Assembly (NCBI GenBank): GCA_963793265.1
Contig: CAWBZI010000001.1
Span: forward strand, 1,408,001-1,472,000
Direction: 5' to 3'
From: an uncultured cyanobacterium
GTDB lineage: Bacteria; Cyanobacteriota; Cyanobacteriia; Phormidesmidales; Phormidesmidaceae
Length of the DNA stretch: 64,000 nt
Part shown: positions 28,296 through 39,301 of the stretch, in pieces
Layout of the letters: each line of letters starts with the position of its first letter
Position numbering within the stretch: the first letter of the stretch is position 1
Made by a program: the position numbers and the translations under genes
The notes under the pieces: model-generated
Seen by the model: only the letters and a program-made list of their open reading frames with translations
Databases searched by the model: none
Told to the model about the DNA's origin: nothing

Positions 28296-30386
28296 ATGAA
28301 AGACCTGACCAAATACCGCAATATCGGTATCTTTGCCCACGTAGATGCAGGCAAAACGACCACCACTGAAAGAATTTTGAAGCTCACCGGCAAAATCCAC
28401 AAGATCGGTGAAGTTCATGATGGTGCGGCAACCACAGACTTCATGGATCAAGAGCAGGAGCGCGGCATCACTATTCAATCAGCGGCAACCACCTGCTTCT
28501 GGAACGACCATCAGCTCAACATCATCGACACGCCCGGACACGTAGACTTCACGATTGAAGTTTACCGCTCCCTCAAGGTTCTAGACGGCGGCGTCGGCGT
28601 ATTTTGCGCCTCCGGTGGCGTAGAGCCTCAGTCTGAAACGAACTGGCGCTACGCAAACGACTCCAAAGTAGCTCGCATTATCTACGTCAACAAGCTCGAC
28701 CGCACAGGCGGCGATTTCTACCGCGTTATTCAGCAGGTAGAAGAAATCCTGGTGGCTAAGCCCCTCGTAATGGTGCTGCCCATTGGTATTGAAGACGATT
28801 TCAAGGGCGTCGTTGACCTCCTCACCGAAAAGGCGTGGATTTGGGACAACTCCGGCGATCCGTTGAACTACGAAATCACCGATGTGCCTGAAGACATGAA
28901 GGACAAGGTGGCCGAGTACCGCGAAATGCTCATCGAATCCGCTGTTGAGATGGATGACGATGTGATGGAAGCCTACTTAGAAGGCAACGAGCCTGATCTT
29001 GACACCATCAAAAAGTGCATTCGTAAAGGCACTCGCGAGCTGGCGTTTTTCCCAACTTATTGCGGCTCCTCCTTTAAGAACAAAGGCGTTCAGAACGTGC
29101 TGGATGCGGTTGTAGACTACCTGCCTAACCCCACTGAAGTGAAGCCTCAGCCCGAGGTTGACCTTGACGGTAACGAGACAGGCGGCGTTGCAAAGGTCAC
29201 TCCTGATGCACCCCTCCGCGCCCTCGCGTTCAAAATTATGGACGACCGCTACGGTGCGCTCACCTTTATTCGTATCTACTCCGGTACGCTCAGCAAAGGT
29301 GACACCGTGCTCAATACCTTTACGGGCAAGACAGATCGCGTAGGCCGACTGGTATCTATGCACGCTGACTCCCGTGAGGAAATCGATGTTGCACAAGCAG
29401 GCGACATCGTAGCGATTGTAGGTATGAAGAACGTACAGACGGGCCATACGCTGTGCGATCCGAAGAACCCTGCAACGCTTGAGCCGATGGTCTTCCCCGA
29501 TCCGGTTATCTCAATTGCCGTTGAGCCTAAGGACAAAGGCGGCTCTGAGAAGATGGGCCTGGCCTTGAGCAAAATGGTTCAAGAAGATCCCTCCTTCTAT
29601 GTGGAGACTGATCAGGAAAGCGGCGAAGTCATCCTTAAGGGCATGGGCGAGCTTCACCTGGATATTAAGGTGGACATTCTGAAGCGTACTCACGGCGTAG
29701 AAGTCGAAGTGGGTAAGCCTCAGGTGGCCTATCGTGAGTCCATCACGAAGATTCTCAGCGATACCTACGTGCACAAGAAGCAGTCCGGTGGTTCGGGTCA
29801 GTTTGCCAAAATTGACTACACTATCGAGCCTTCTGAAGTCGGCGTTGGCTTTGAGTTTGAGTCCAAGGTCACAGGGGGTAACGTGCCTCGTGAATTCTGG
29901 CCTGCAGTTGAGAAAGGCTTTGCTACCAGCATGGAGAAAGGGCCTTTGGCTGGCTACCCCATGGTGGATGTGAAGGTTACTTTGACCGATGGTGGTTTCC
30001 ACGCGGTTGACTCTAGCGCGATCGCCTTTGAAATCGCAGCCAAATCAGCCTACCGTCAGTCTTTCCCCAAAGCTGGCCCTCAAATCCTTGAGCCGATTAT
30101 GAACGTAGATGTATTCACCCCAGACGATCACATGGGCGATGTGATTGGTGATCTCAACCGTCGTCGCGGCATGATCAAGTCTCAAAACTCAAACCCCATG
30201 GGCGTTCGCATCAAAGCTGACGTGCCTTTGAGTGAAATGTTTGGCTACATTGGCGACTTGCGCACCATGACCTCCGGTCGCGGTCAGTTCTCAATGGAAT
30301 TTGGCAACTATGCCCCATGTCCTAAGAACGTTGCTGAAGATGTCATCAAAGAAGCTAAAGAGCGTCAGGAAGCCGCTAAGAAGTAA
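28296..30386 (+). CDS. fusA: Elongation factor G, stand-alone paralogue
   Basis: [43 protein letters not shown]; not flanked by rpsG/tuf. Confidence 0.95.
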   Translation: MKDLTKYRNIGIFAHVDAGKTTTTERILKLTGKIHKIGEVHDGAATTDFMDQEQERGITIQSAATTCFWNDHQLNIIDTPGHVDFTIEVYRSLKVLDGGVGVFCASGGVEPQSETNWRYANDSKVARIIYVNKLDRTGGDFYRVIQQVEEILVAKPLVMVLPIGIEDDFKGVVDLLTEKAWIWDNSGDPLNYEITDVPEDMKDKVAEYREMLIESAVEMDDDVMEAYLEGNEPDLDTIKKCIRKGTRELAFFPTYCGSSFKNKGVQNVLDAVVDYLPNPTEVKPQPEVDLDGNETGGVAKVTPDAPLRALAFKIMDDRYGALTFIRIYSGTLSKGDTVLNTFTGKTDRVGRLVSMHADSREEIDVAQAGDIVAIVGMKNVQTGHTLCDPKNPATLEPMVFPDPVISIAVEPKDKGGSEKMGLALSKMVQEDPSFYVETDQESGEVILKGMGELHLDIKVDILKRTHGVEVEVGKPQVAYRESITKILSDTYVHKKQSGGSGQFAKIDYTIEPSEVGVGFEFESKVTGGNVPREFWPAVEKGFATSMEKGPLAGYPMVDVKVTLTDGGFHAVDSSAIAFEIAAKSAYRQSFPKAGPQILEPIMNVDVFTPDDHMGDVIGDLNRRRGMIKSQNSNPMGVRIKADVPLSEMFGYIGDLRTMTSGRGQFSMEFGNYAPCPKNVAEDVIKEAKERQEAAKK

Positions 30387-30421
30387 ACCCCTTCTTACCA
30401 GTGGATGACTGATTAACAAAG

Positions 30422-30452
30422 CATCCCCTGATCTTTTTTAGGTCGGGGGATG
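30422..30452 (+). terminator. Hairpin after fusA
   Basis: CATCCCCTGATC...GGTCGGGGGATG inverted repeat; weak U-tail. Confidence 0.55.
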
Positions 30453-30537
30453 TGCTGTATATAGCGCAAATATCCAAGCTGCAATATCAGACCATTGTTC
30501 AATACCGCGATCCTTTCAAAGTCGCTATCATTTATTT

Positions 30538-30897
30538 ATGGAGTTAAAAGCCCTACCCACCGATATCGTTCTCAGCGACTCTAAAGCCGTGCTGGGCCAC
30601 ATCAAGCTAGATCGGAGCCTTTACCCAGGCACCTATGTAGACATTAACGGCCACACGTACCAGATTCTCGTTCGCCGCCACCAATATCAGCTCAAGCTAG
30701 GCCGCTATCATCTCCACAAAGCGGTCGTCCACGTCAAAAAAACAATCGTCCCTGAAGAACGCACCCTCCTCAACGGCACCTGGGTCATTGGCGACATCAC
30801 CTGCACCTACAACGCCCGCTCCGAACTCCTCCGCTGCGCCGTCAACCCGACTGGCCCCTGCGACGACTGCACTCACTATCGATTAGAGACTTCTTAG
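30538..30897 (+). CDS. DUF6464-like cyanobacterial protein
   Basis: WVIGDITCTYNARSELLRCAVNPTGPCDDCTHY C-terminal motif. Confidence 0.82.
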   Translation: MELKALPTDIVLSDSKAVLGHIKLDRSLYPGTYVDINGHTYQILVRRHQYQLKLGRYHLHKAVVHVKKTIVPEERTLLNGTWVIGDITCTYNARSELLRCAVNPTGPCDDCTHYRLETS

Positions 30898-30930
30898 AGC
30901 TTTTGCCAGAGACAACTATTTGAGAAAGAA

Positions 30931-31932
30931 TTACTGTGCAGACTCAGGTGCGGCACTCTCACCGTTAGGGTTAGCAGACGCCGCTTCAATGCTTCCGGCT
31001 CCTCCTTTTAATTGGTTAATGGCCTCTGCAAAGCGCTGCCCAATAACTTTGTAGCTGTCTGCGGTGAAATGAATCCCTCCCATGGGTAGGTCATTGGTTT
31101 CAATCATCGCGCCGTTGGGAATTTGAATGCTCTCCTGCTGCTTTTGCACCAGCGTCCAGTTAGGCAACCCTTTTAGATCCTTTGGTTGACCGATCTGTGC
31201 ATACACTAGCGGGATGTTTGGTCTGCCGATGTCTTGGCGGAAGCTGTAGGCGAATAGGGCAAAGTTTTCGGCCCAGGCTTCAGCATTGGGGCGTAAGGAA
31301 GGGAACTGCTTAGGGTCGATGGTGTCAGCTTCGCCCTGAAAAAATAGGATGCCGCTGACTTCGCCCATGGGTGAGGCCGCGCGAACTCGCTTGAGACATG
31401 ATCCGTAAAGGGTTTGGTCGCTGAGGTTTCGCTGCCAGTCAGCAATAGAGGAGCCGTTTTTAGCGCAGGGAATGAGGCCAATGAGCTGGTTGCTGTCTTC
31501 AGCGACGAGCGTTTTAGCGAAGGTAAAAGCCGGGCCAAAGCCAAAGTCTGCGTCTTGAGAGACGCTATCGACCTGGTTTTCAGGATTATCGATAGGTTCT
31601 GAGGCGGGTTGCCAGCGGTAGTCGTTGCCGAAGGTGAAAACGTTGGCACTGGTTGCGATCACCTCAGGAATTTCAGCCGCCCCCACCATATTGGACTGGC
31701 CCATCAGCACGTACAGCTTCAGCTTGCCTTGCAGCCGTTCAGGCACAGCAGGCTGATCGTCAAACCTGCTAGCAAGTGCTTCGTGAGGTGCATAAAAGCG
31801 GTCATACAGCCCGACCACTCGCAACAGGTCGCCACCTTTTGCACTGAGATTAAGGTATTTTTGCAGACCGATGCCGAGCCCAGTTCCGCAAATGAGAGCA
31901 AGGCCAATAACGGTAATCGAACGGAGTTTCAT
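30931..31932 (-). CDS. Sialate O-acetylesterase / SASA (CE6-like SGNH) protein, exported
   Basis: GQSNM nucleophile motif, FFQGEAD, GIHF; N-terminal TM/signal. Confidence 0.88.
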   Translation of the reverse strand: MKLRSITVIGLALICGTGLGIGLQKYLNLSAKGGDLLRVVGLYDRFYAPHEALASRFDDQPAVPERLQGKLKLYVLMGQSNMVGAAEIPEVIATSANVFTFGNDYRWQPASEPIDNPENQVDSVSQDADFGFGPAFTFAKTLVAEDSNQLIGLIPCAKNGSSIADWQRNLSDQTLYGSCLKRVRAASPMGEVSGILFFQGEADTIDPKQFPSLRPNAEAWAENFALFAYSFRQDIGRPNIPLVYAQIGQPKDLKGLPNWTLVQKQQESIQIPNGAMIETNDLPMGGIHFTADSYKVIGQRFAEAINQLKGGAGSIEAASANPNGESAAPESAQ

Positions 31933-32117
31933 ACGTAGGCAAAGAGAGTGAGTTTTGAAGATCAGGTGCTAAAGCAAAGTCGAAGTGAGTACGCGTTTTG
32001 AGGCATTCGCGTTAGGCTATGAGGAGTCTTGTGTGATCTGATACGTCTTAAGTGATGTTCATAGGGGCGTTTGATATCACTAAGAATGCTTGATACTGTA
32101 GCTCAATATTGAAGACT

Positions 32118-33005
32118 ATGGCCCATATTAAAGACCGTCGCGCTGAAAATGCAGAGGGTGACTTTTACGTTGACAGCAGTTGTATCGATTGCGACACCTG
32201 CCGCTGGCTATCTCCTGATATCTACGCTCGCGCAGGGAGTAAATCGGTGGTACACCATCAGCCGATTAATAGCGATCAAAGAGTCGCTGCTTTGGAAGCT
32301 TTGTTGGCTTGCCCCACCGGATCTATCGGCACTGTAGAGAAGCCAACAGATGTTCGTGAGGTGCAAGCACAGTTTCCACTGCCGGTAGACGACAACGTTT
32401 TTTACTGCGGCTACCACTCTGAAAAGTCTTTTGGTGCAGCTAGCTATTTTATTCGAAGGCCAGAAGGCAATGTGCTGGTAGATTCGCCTCGGTTTACGCC
32501 GCCGCTGGTGAAGCGTTTGGAAGCGATGGGCGGTGTGCGCTATATGTATCTGACGCATCGGGATGATGTGGCCGATCACGAGAAGTTTCATGAGCGGTTT
32601 GGGTGCGATCGCATTCTTCACGCCGAAGACATTTCTACCAATACCAAAGGCGTCGAAATCCAACCTACTGGCAGCGAGCCTCTAAAGATAGACAATGATC
32701 TACTGATTATTCCTCAGCCGGGACACTCACGCGGCCATACGGTCTTACTCTACAGAGGCAAGTACCTTTTCACAGGCGATCATTTAGCCTGGTCAGCTCG
32801 ATTAAATCAGCTTCATGCCTTCCGCAACTTCTGTTGGGATTCTTGGCCTCGTCAGATCGAATCGATGAAGGCACTGGCCGACTATACGCAAGACTACGCT
32901 TTTGAGTGGGTGCTGCCAGGACACGGACGGCGGTTTTCAGGCAGTGTGGAAGAGATGCGCCAGCAGATGAAAAACTGCGTTCAGTGGATGGAATCTGTTG
33001 CGTAA
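32118..33005 (+). CDS. Ferredoxin-fused MBL-fold metallohydrolase
   Basis: CIDCDTC...CPTGSIG ferredoxin; THRDDVADH, PGHSRGH, FTGDH, LPGHG. Confidence 0.9.
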   Translation: MAHIKDRRAENAEGDFYVDSSCIDCDTCRWLSPDIYARAGSKSVVHHQPINSDQRVAALEALLACPTGSIGTVEKPTDVREVQAQFPLPVDDNVFYCGYHSEKSFGAASYFIRRPEGNVLVDSPRFTPPLVKRLEAMGGVRYMYLTHRDDVADHEKFHERFGCDRILHAEDISTNTKGVEIQPTGSEPLKIDNDLLIIPQPGHSRGHTVLLYRGKYLFTGDHLAWSARLNQLHAFRNFCWDSWPRQIESMKALADYTQDYAFEWVLPGHGRRFSGSVEEMRQQMKNCVQWMESVA

Positions 33006-33055
33006 AATCTGTTGTTTTAGAACATTGCTAGCGCTACGAGATGAAAAAACAAAAA

Positions 33056-33076
33056 GCCCAGTCGAAATGACTGGGC
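33056..33076 (-). terminator. Terminator between convergent genes
   Basis: GCCCAGTC-GAAAT-GACTGGGC followed by T-runs on the minus strand. Confidence 0.75.
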
Positions 33077-33117
33077 CAGAGTAACGTTCAAAGATAAGGT
33101 CAAACAAGCGTGGCGTT

Positions 33118-33921
33118 CTAGCCTGCTTGCGCTTGCTTGCGCTTGCGAGTAGCAAATGCACCTGCAACAATTGCGCCGAGTCCTAGCAGAGAAGATGGCT
33201 CAGGAATATCTTGCTCAGCGACACTACCTAGCAGCTTGAAGTCAGGGCCGTTGTAAGATTTGCCCTTGCTAGTGACACGTACAGAGTTAATGAACCCATT
33301 GGTAATGCCGAAGTCTTCTAGACCTAAGCCAATAGAACCCACTTTTTGCGAGCCGCCAATTTCTTTTGTGTTGATTTTGAAGCCTGCGTTGTCCCACTTT
33401 TTGGAGTCTAGTTTGATAAGATTGCCAATCTCGTTGCCATTGGCATCTAAAGCTTGAATATCGAGCTTGCTGTTTTTGCCGCGCTCCCACAAAAAGATAT
33501 TGTCAACAGCCTGATCAAAGTTAAGGTCTAGAATGAAGTTGCCTTTGTCCTCAGTATCGATGATGTTGTTGAGGTTGAGGTTGCTCATGACGGCTGCTGC
33601 ACCTGCGTTGGTGAGGGCTTCTTCTCTGAGGCCAGTGGTTGCCAAATCACCAATGTCCGCGCTAGCTGCGCCGCTGTTGCCGCCTGTATAAAGGTCGTTA
33701 GAGAGAATGTTTGCAGAGGTTACGAGCGTGAAGTCGTCAATGACTCGGCCACTTTCTAGCGTGATGGAGTTTAAGAAGATGTCGCCTTTAGAAGCTGCGC
33801 CGCCAGTGAGTGACTTAGTGTAGTCTGCTTGAAAGGAGAAGGCTTGGGCGGGTGCTGAGGAAAGAGCGATCGCGCCAACAGCCAACAGACCAACACTTGT
33901 AACAAACTTGCTAGTTTTCAT
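33118..33921 (-). CDS. PEP-CTERM exosortase-targeted surface protein (XDP2-like)
   Basis: Signal peptide ending AQA-F; C-terminal IPEPSSLLGLGAIVAGAFATRKRK; ATG at 33921. Confidence 0.9.
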   Translation of the reverse strand: MKTSKFVTSVGLLAVGAIALSSAPAQAFSFQADYTKSLTGGAASKGDIFLNSITLESGRVIDDFTLVTSANILSNDLYTGGNSGAASADIGDLATTGLREEALTNAGAAAVMSNLNLNNIIDTEDKGNFILDLNFDQAVDNIFLWERGKNSKLDIQALDANGNEIGNLIKLDSKKWDNAGFKINTKEIGGSQKVGSIGLGLEDFGITNGFINSVRVTSKGKSYNGPDFKLLGSVAEQDIPEPSSLLGLGAIVAGAFATRKRKQAQAG

Positions 33922-34213
33922 AATGCTTCTTTTTAGAGTGAGTAGGTAAGGAGTGTGTGAAACCAAATTCTGGGCGGTCGGTTGAGCGGTTCGCTGCGGT
34001 TGACTTGCCCTCGATGTAATCAGAATGCACCACCGGAATAAATAAAGTCGGTGGAAACGTCACATCTTTGCGAGATACTCTAAAAGCCCTTTAATTACGC
34101 AGATTCTACTGAGTTCAGAAAGCTTGCCGCACTCAGAAATTGTACGTCCGAGAATTCTCTGTGATGTCTGCTTACCTCAGTAGATAAGCCGAGAGATTGC
34201 GTGGGTTTACGGC

Positions 34214-34243
34214 AAAAAGCCGCCTTAGTCATATAAGGCGGCT
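34214..34243 (-). terminator. polA terminator
   Basis: AGCCGCCTTA-N6-TAAGGCGGCT followed by TTTT on the minus strand. Confidence 0.8.
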
Positions 34244-34314
34244 CTGTTGAAGTGATGAGAGTTGTTCTTTCTCGCTAAGTGAAATCACAAAGCTGTTATG
34301 TTCAGTTCAGCGTT

Positions 34315-37239
34315 CTATTTCGCTTCCATCCAGTTTTTGCCAGCATTCGCCTCCACTTTGAGCGGCACCATTAGCGATACGGCTGATTCCATCGTGCTTT
34401 CAATCTTCGGCTTCAGCTCATCCCATTCATCCGGTGGCACCTCAAAAATCAGTTCGTCATGCACTTGCAAAAGCATTTTGGCCTCGTAGCCCTTCAGCAG
34501 CTCATGTATCCGAATCATCGCGACTTTAATAATATCGGCGCTAGATCCTTGAATAGGTGCATTGGCAGCGGCTCTCAGTGAACCTGCATCGAAGCCGTTA
34601 GTGCGCAGCTTGCCAAGATCTACCTCATCAGGATCGGTGCCTTTAAGCGCCTGTAAGCTGCGCGTTGTGAAGTTGAAGTAGCGGCGACGACCGGCGATGG
34701 TTTTGACAAAGCCGTTCGCGATCGCCTCTCTCTGCATCTGCTGCAAATAGTTAAACACCATCGGATAGCGATCGTTAAACCTGTCAATAAACGTCTTTGC
34801 ATCTAACCGATGTACGCCCGTCTCTCTGGCAAACCGAGCCGCCCCCATGCCATAGATCACGCCAAAGTTAATAATCTTCGCCATCCGGCGCTCATCAACA
34901 GAAATCTCTTCTCTATCTTTTTCAAACAGCAGCGTAGCTGTCAGCCTATGCACATCGTCATTGTTACGATAGGCTTCTACCAAAATTGGCTCGCCGCTGA
35001 GGTGCGCCAAAATCCTCAGCTCTATTTGAGAATAATCAGCCGCCGCTAAATGCCAGCCTTCTTTAGGCAAAAATGCCTGTCGGATCTGACGGCTGAAGGC
35101 GGTGCGCGTCGGGATGTTCTGCAAGTTGGGGTTTGAAGAAGAAAGTCGCCCTGTAGAAGTGACCGCCTGGTTGAAGTCAGTATGTACGCGGTTTGTGGCA
35201 GGCCGAATCAGCGCTGGGAGTGCATCAACATACGTAGATTTCAGCTTTGAGAGGGTGCGATATTCCACCACGGCATCAACCACGGGATGATCGCCCTGGA
35301 GTTTTTCAAGCGTAGCGGCATCTGTTGAATAGCCCGTTTTATTTTTACGAGACTTTCGCTTATCGAGGCCCAAAGTATCAAAGAACAATGTGCTGAGCTG
35401 TTTGGGCGAACCTAAATTAAACTCTTCCCCGGCTGATTCGTAGGCGGCTTTTTCAATAGAAGCTAAGTCACCTTCTAGCTGCTTCGAGAACTTATCGAGG
35501 TAGGGCTTATCAATCCGAATGCCAGTCGCTTCCATATTGGCTAGCACGGGCTCAACGGGTAGCTCAACTTCTCGATATAGCTTTTCGAGTTCGGGAGACT
35601 GTGCCAAATCAGCTTTGAGCAAAGGCACGAGGCGGTAGGTGGTGTGTACGTCGCTGCCACAGTAGTCTGCAACTTTAGCGATCGCCACTTCCCCAATACT
35701 TTTACCCTTCGGCACCAAGTCGGTATAGCTAACCGTCATCAGCTCCAAATACCGCAGCGACAAATCCGACAGATTATGACTGTTCTCGGGATTAATCACG
35801 TAGCTCGCCAGCATCGGATCGAAGGTAACGCCTGCTAGTTCAACACCTGCACGTCTCAGCACCAAACGGTCGTACTTCGCATTCTGAAACGCCTTCGGAT
35901 AGTCTGCATTTTCTAAAATGGGTCGCAGCGCATCAACGACCGCTTTCTCGGAAAGCTGTTTGCCTGTAGTATGGCCCACCGGAATGTAGGCCAGATCGGT
36001 TGAGCCTTCTCCCCAACAGCAGCCAATCCCAACCAAATCAGCCTCTAGCGGATCAATCGAATTCGTTTCGGTGTCCCAGGCAACAGGCACTTCTGGATCT
36101 GTAAATGCTTCGAGCGTTTCAACTAACGCTTTTAGCTGCTCAGCAGTCGTAATGATTTGCGGCTGAATCTCTACGCCGCTCAGTCCCATTTGCTCAACGG
36201 CGTCTGTCTCTTCAGCAGTAAAAAACGCCAGATCAGGATCTTCAAACGTCTCAGGCAGCGCTTCTACTGGAATCGGCGCAGGCGGCACATAGTCAGACTC
36301 ACCGCCAAAGAAAGACTGAAGCTTGCTAATGCGATTAATAAAGTGCTGAAGCTCTAGCTTTTTAAGCATCGGCACCACTTCATCCGCATCAAAGCCTTCG
36401 AGCTTACAGCTATCCAAATCCGTCTCTACCGGCACATCAGTCATGATGGTCGCTAAAAACTTCGACTGCTTAGCCTCCTCTACACCTGCCTCTAGCTTCT
36501 TCTTAACCGCGCCTTTTATCTCATCAATTGAGGCATAGATAGTCTCCAAGTCACCATAGGTATCCAGTAGCTTAACGGCTGTCTTTTTACCAATGCCTTT
36601 CACGCCTGGAATATTATCAGAGGTGTCTCCACACAGCGCCTTATAGTCAACCACCTGACTCGGCAAAATCTCAAGCTTCTCGTAAACCTCAGCCACGCCA
36701 TACTCTGTAGCCGATCCCTTCTGCCGAGCAAATGCATTGCTAAGGTACAGTACCTTGATATTTTCTTCCGTATCAATGAGCTGAAAAAGATCCTGGTCGC
36801 CGCTCAAAATTCTCACCTGCTGACCTGCGGCCATCGCCCGAGTGGCCAGGGTACCGATCATGTCGTCTGCTTCGTAGCCTGGCTCGCAAAAGATTGGAAA
36901 CTTAAACGCTTCAAGCAGTCCTTTTAAGTTTTCGACATCCTCAGTAAATTCCTCTGGCGTTTCAGCGCGTCCGGCTTTGTAAGTGTCTGTAGTTTCGTGG
37001 CGAAACGTCGGCGCGGCCAAATCAAAGGTGATAGCTACGCAGTCCGGTTTTTCAGCCTCTAGCGTGTCGATGAGGGATTTGAGAAAGCCAAAGCACACGC
37101 TGGTCGGAATGCCGGTAGAGGTGCGCAGCCCACCGTCACGGCTGCGGGCAAACGCATAGTAGGAGCGGAAGGCCAAAGAGTGACCATCTACCAGCATTAA
37201 AACAGGCTTGTCTTTTGACTTATCTACAGGAGAACTCAA
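34315..37239 (-). CDS. polA: DNA polymerase I
   Basis: 5'-3' exonuclease (LVDGHSLAFR, EADD, GDTSDNIPG), 3'-5' exonuclease (WDTET), polymerase motifs DYSQIELR, AKIINFGVIYG, QVHDEL. Confidence 0.98.
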   Translation of the reverse strand: MSSPVDKSKDKPVLMLVDGHSLAFRSYYAFARSRDGGLRTSTGIPTSVCFGFLKSLIDTLEAEKPDCVAITFDLAAPTFRHETTDTYKAGRAETPEEFTEDVENLKGLLEAFKFPIFCEPGYEADDMIGTLATRAMAAGQQVRILSGDQDLFQLIDTEENIKVLYLSNAFARQKGSATEYGVAEVYEKLEILPSQVVDYKALCGDTSDNIPGVKGIGKKTAVKLLDTYGDLETIYASIDEIKGAVKKKLEAGVEEAKQSKFLATIMTDVPVETDLDSCKLEGFDADEVVPMLKKLELQHFINRISKLQSFFGGESDYVPPAPIPVEALPETFEDPDLAFFTAEETDAVEQMGLSGVEIQPQIITTAEQLKALVETLEAFTDPEVPVAWDTETNSIDPLEADLVGIGCCWGEGSTDLAYIPVGHTTGKQLSEKAVVDALRPILENADYPKAFQNAKYDRLVLRRAGVELAGVTFDPMLASYVINPENSHNLSDLSLRYLELMTVSYTDLVPKGKSIGEVAIAKVADYCGSDVHTTYRLVPLLKADLAQSPELEKLYREVELPVEPVLANMEATGIRIDKPYLDKFSKQLEGDLASIEKAAYESAGEEFNLGSPKQLSTLFFDTLGLDKRKSRKNKTGYSTDAATLEKLQGDHPVVDAVVEYRTLSKLKSTYVDALPALIRPATNRVHTDFNQAVTSTGRLSSSNPNLQNIPTRTAFSRQIRQAFLPKEGWHLAAADYSQIELRILAHLSGEPILVEAYRNNDDVHRLTATLLFEKDREEISVDERRMAKIINFGVIYGMGAARFARETGVHRLDAKTFIDRFNDRYPMVFNYLQQMQREAIANGFVKTIAGRRRYFNFTTRSLQALKGTDPDEVDLGKLRTNGFDAGSLRAAANAPIQGSSADIIKVAMIRIHELLKGYEAKMLLQVHDELIFEVPPDEWDELKPKIESTMESAVSLMVPLKVEANAGKNWMEAK

Positions 37240-37831
37240 ATCAGTATTCGGGCTAAAGCGCCAGCGGGCAACCCATCTATTATCGGACAGCCTTGGTGAA
37301 ATGGGACGGTGAAATGGGGCGAAAAACTCACTCGCAAGAGTGCTCTGTAAAAAGCGCCTAATAAAAAGCGCCCAAAATAAATTTGGGCGCTCGGGTCGAT
37401 TTCTAAATTGATGTCATTGATCGCTCTAAAGTGATCGCTCAATGCGGAGGAAATTATGGCTGTACGTGCTCCCACACGAACGGCAATAGCAAAAAATATG
37501 CCCTAAGGCCGATTTCGGCTAACCAGAAAACCTGTCAAATCTCCTGGATGAAGTGTATCAAGAATTACCGTTCTTTGGTAATAATTCTTCACGATTTTAG
37601 GCTGAATTCGGTTCGATCCCAACGTCCGTCGCCTGTTTCAGCGTACCCGCTACATCCAAAAACCCTTGATACCAAGGGAAATTAGCTGATACGATCGCCC
37701 AAAGCCCCACTCAAAACAAACCATATTCTCCGGCGAATTATCCTCATCTCCTGACTTTTAGCGCCACTGACGCATCACCGTAAATCTCTGTCACTATAGA
37801 GCTAGCGTGATTTTATAGCGATTTAGAAACC

Positions 37832-38785
37832 TTGCAGATTACTTTTCTAGGAACCAGCTCCGGCGTACCCACCCGCTCCCGCAACGTCTCCAGCGTAGCC
37901 CTTCGTCTCCCGCAGCGTGCCGAAGTGTGGCTGTTTGACTGTGGCGAAAGCACCCAGCACCAGTTCCTCAAAAGCGACTTCAAGTCCAGCCAAATTCGCC
38001 GTATCTTTGTCACCCACATGCACGGCGATCATATTTTTGGTTTGCCTGGCCTACTGGCGAGCTGCGGCATGGCTGGAACTGGTCAACAAATCGACATCTA
38101 CGGCCCGCCCGAACTTGCTAAGTATTTAGACGCCTGCCGCCGCTATTCAAAAACACAGTCCTCGTACCCGATTAAAGTGCACATCACCGAGCCTGGAAAG
38201 GTATACGAAGATGACGACTACATCGTGAGCTGTCAACGGTTAAAGCATCGTATTCCAGCGCACGGCTACCGCGTGACGGAGAAAGACAGGACGGGTCATT
38301 TTGATGTGAAAAAGGCCGTAGCCCTCGGCATTCCGCCCGGCCCGCTGTATGGAAATCTAAAGCGTGGCGAGGTCGTAACGTTAGCTGATGGCCGCAAAAT
38401 AAATGGTTCAGACCTGTGCGGCCCTACAATTATTGGCCGTAAGTTCGTCTACTGCACGGACACTGTTTTTTGTGAAAGCGCGATTGAACTTGCCGAGCAG
38501 GCTGATGTCCTGATTCACGAGGCGACTTTTGCACACCAGGACGCGGATCTGGCCTATCAAAGGATGCACTCAACTTCGACGATGGCCGCTCAAGTGGCAC
38601 TATCAGCGCAGGTGAAACAGTTGATTATGACCCACTTTAGCCCTCGCTATGCGCCAGGGAATGCCCTACAGCTCAGCGATCTACTTAGCGAAGCCAAAGC
38701 AATTTTTCCAAATACGATTATGGCGAAGGACTTTTTGACTTACGACATCGACCGCACTGATGAAAAGGTCAAAGTCCCTGCCTGA
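37832..38785 (+). CDS. rnz: Ribonuclease Z
   Basis: [36 protein letters not shown]. Confidence 0.97.
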   Translation: MQITFLGTSSGVPTRSRNVSSVALRLPQRAEVWLFDCGESTQHQFLKSDFKSSQIRRIFVTHMHGDHIFGLPGLLASCGMAGTGQQIDIYGPPELAKYLDACRRYSKTQSSYPIKVHITEPGKVYEDDDYIVSCQRLKHRIPAHGYRVTEKDRTGHFDVKKAVALGIPPGPLYGNLKRGEVVTLADGRKINGSDLCGPTIIGRKFVYCTDTVFCESAIELAEQADVLIHEATFAHQDADLAYQRMHSTSTMAAQVALSAQVKQLIMTHFSPRYAPGNALQLSDLLSEAKAIFPNTIMAKDFLTYDIDRTDEKVKVPA

Positions 38786-38793
38786 TGCCAACT

Positions 38794-39219
38794 CTAGTCT
38801 TCGCTACCGTTAGCATGTAGCCGCTTTTTCATGTGATAAAGGTGGTTGTAGCTATCTACCGGCATCCGAGGCTTGGGGATTTCTTCGTTTGGCCAGCCGG
38901 GTAGGTCGTTGCAAGGGCACAGGTGCGGTTTTATTTCGACCTGTGGCATGGGAATAGGCATATCGCAACGGGCGCAGCTCACAACGTCCCATTCTGGCGA
39001 CAGTAGCTCGGCAATCGTTTGATCGGTGCCGTCTAGATAGAAGGATTTGCCTTCTCTTTCGATAATTTCTGTCCAGCAGTTTTCAAATTCGGGGCTGAAG
39101 CGATCGCCCTGAATGACTTTCTCGGGTCTGTAGCTCACTTGCTGATCGTCGCTTACCACATGCTTCCCAAGCTGAAACCAGTAGGCCAAGTACTTTTTTA
39201 CATCAGTGTGAGAGGCCAT
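38794..39219 (-). CDS. Conserved cyanobacterial hypothetical protein
   Basis: VKKYLAYWFQLGK...CARCDMP...CPCNDLPGWPN. Confidence 0.78.
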   Translation of the reverse strand: MASHTDVKKYLAYWFQLGKHVVSDDQQVSYRPEKVIQGDRFSPEFENCWTEIIEREGKSFYLDGTDQTIAELLSPEWDVVSCARCDMPIPMPQVEIKPHLCPCNDLPGWPNEEIPKPRMPVDSYNHLYHMKKRLHANGSED

Positions 39220-39301
39220 TGATTTAAGGTCGAATACTGCTTATTACGATCATAGTTTGTCGTTATAACGCTGTGGCTATCTTCATGGAAATAATTAAGA
39301 A

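Noticed and set aside
33922..34210. Riboswitch (e.g. c-di-GMP) in the PEP-CTERM leader
   Set aside because: Only a small CCACCG/CGGTGG hairpin is present; no recognisable aptamer consensus
37610..37620. GGTTCGATCCC resembling a tRNA T-loop near rnz
   Set aside because: The T-stem pairs poorly and no acceptor, D or anticodon arms could be built
37236..37685. ORF-track ORFs of 79 and 84 aa in the polA-rnz spacer
   Set aside because: No motifs or RBS, non-ATG starts, and they overlap hairpins
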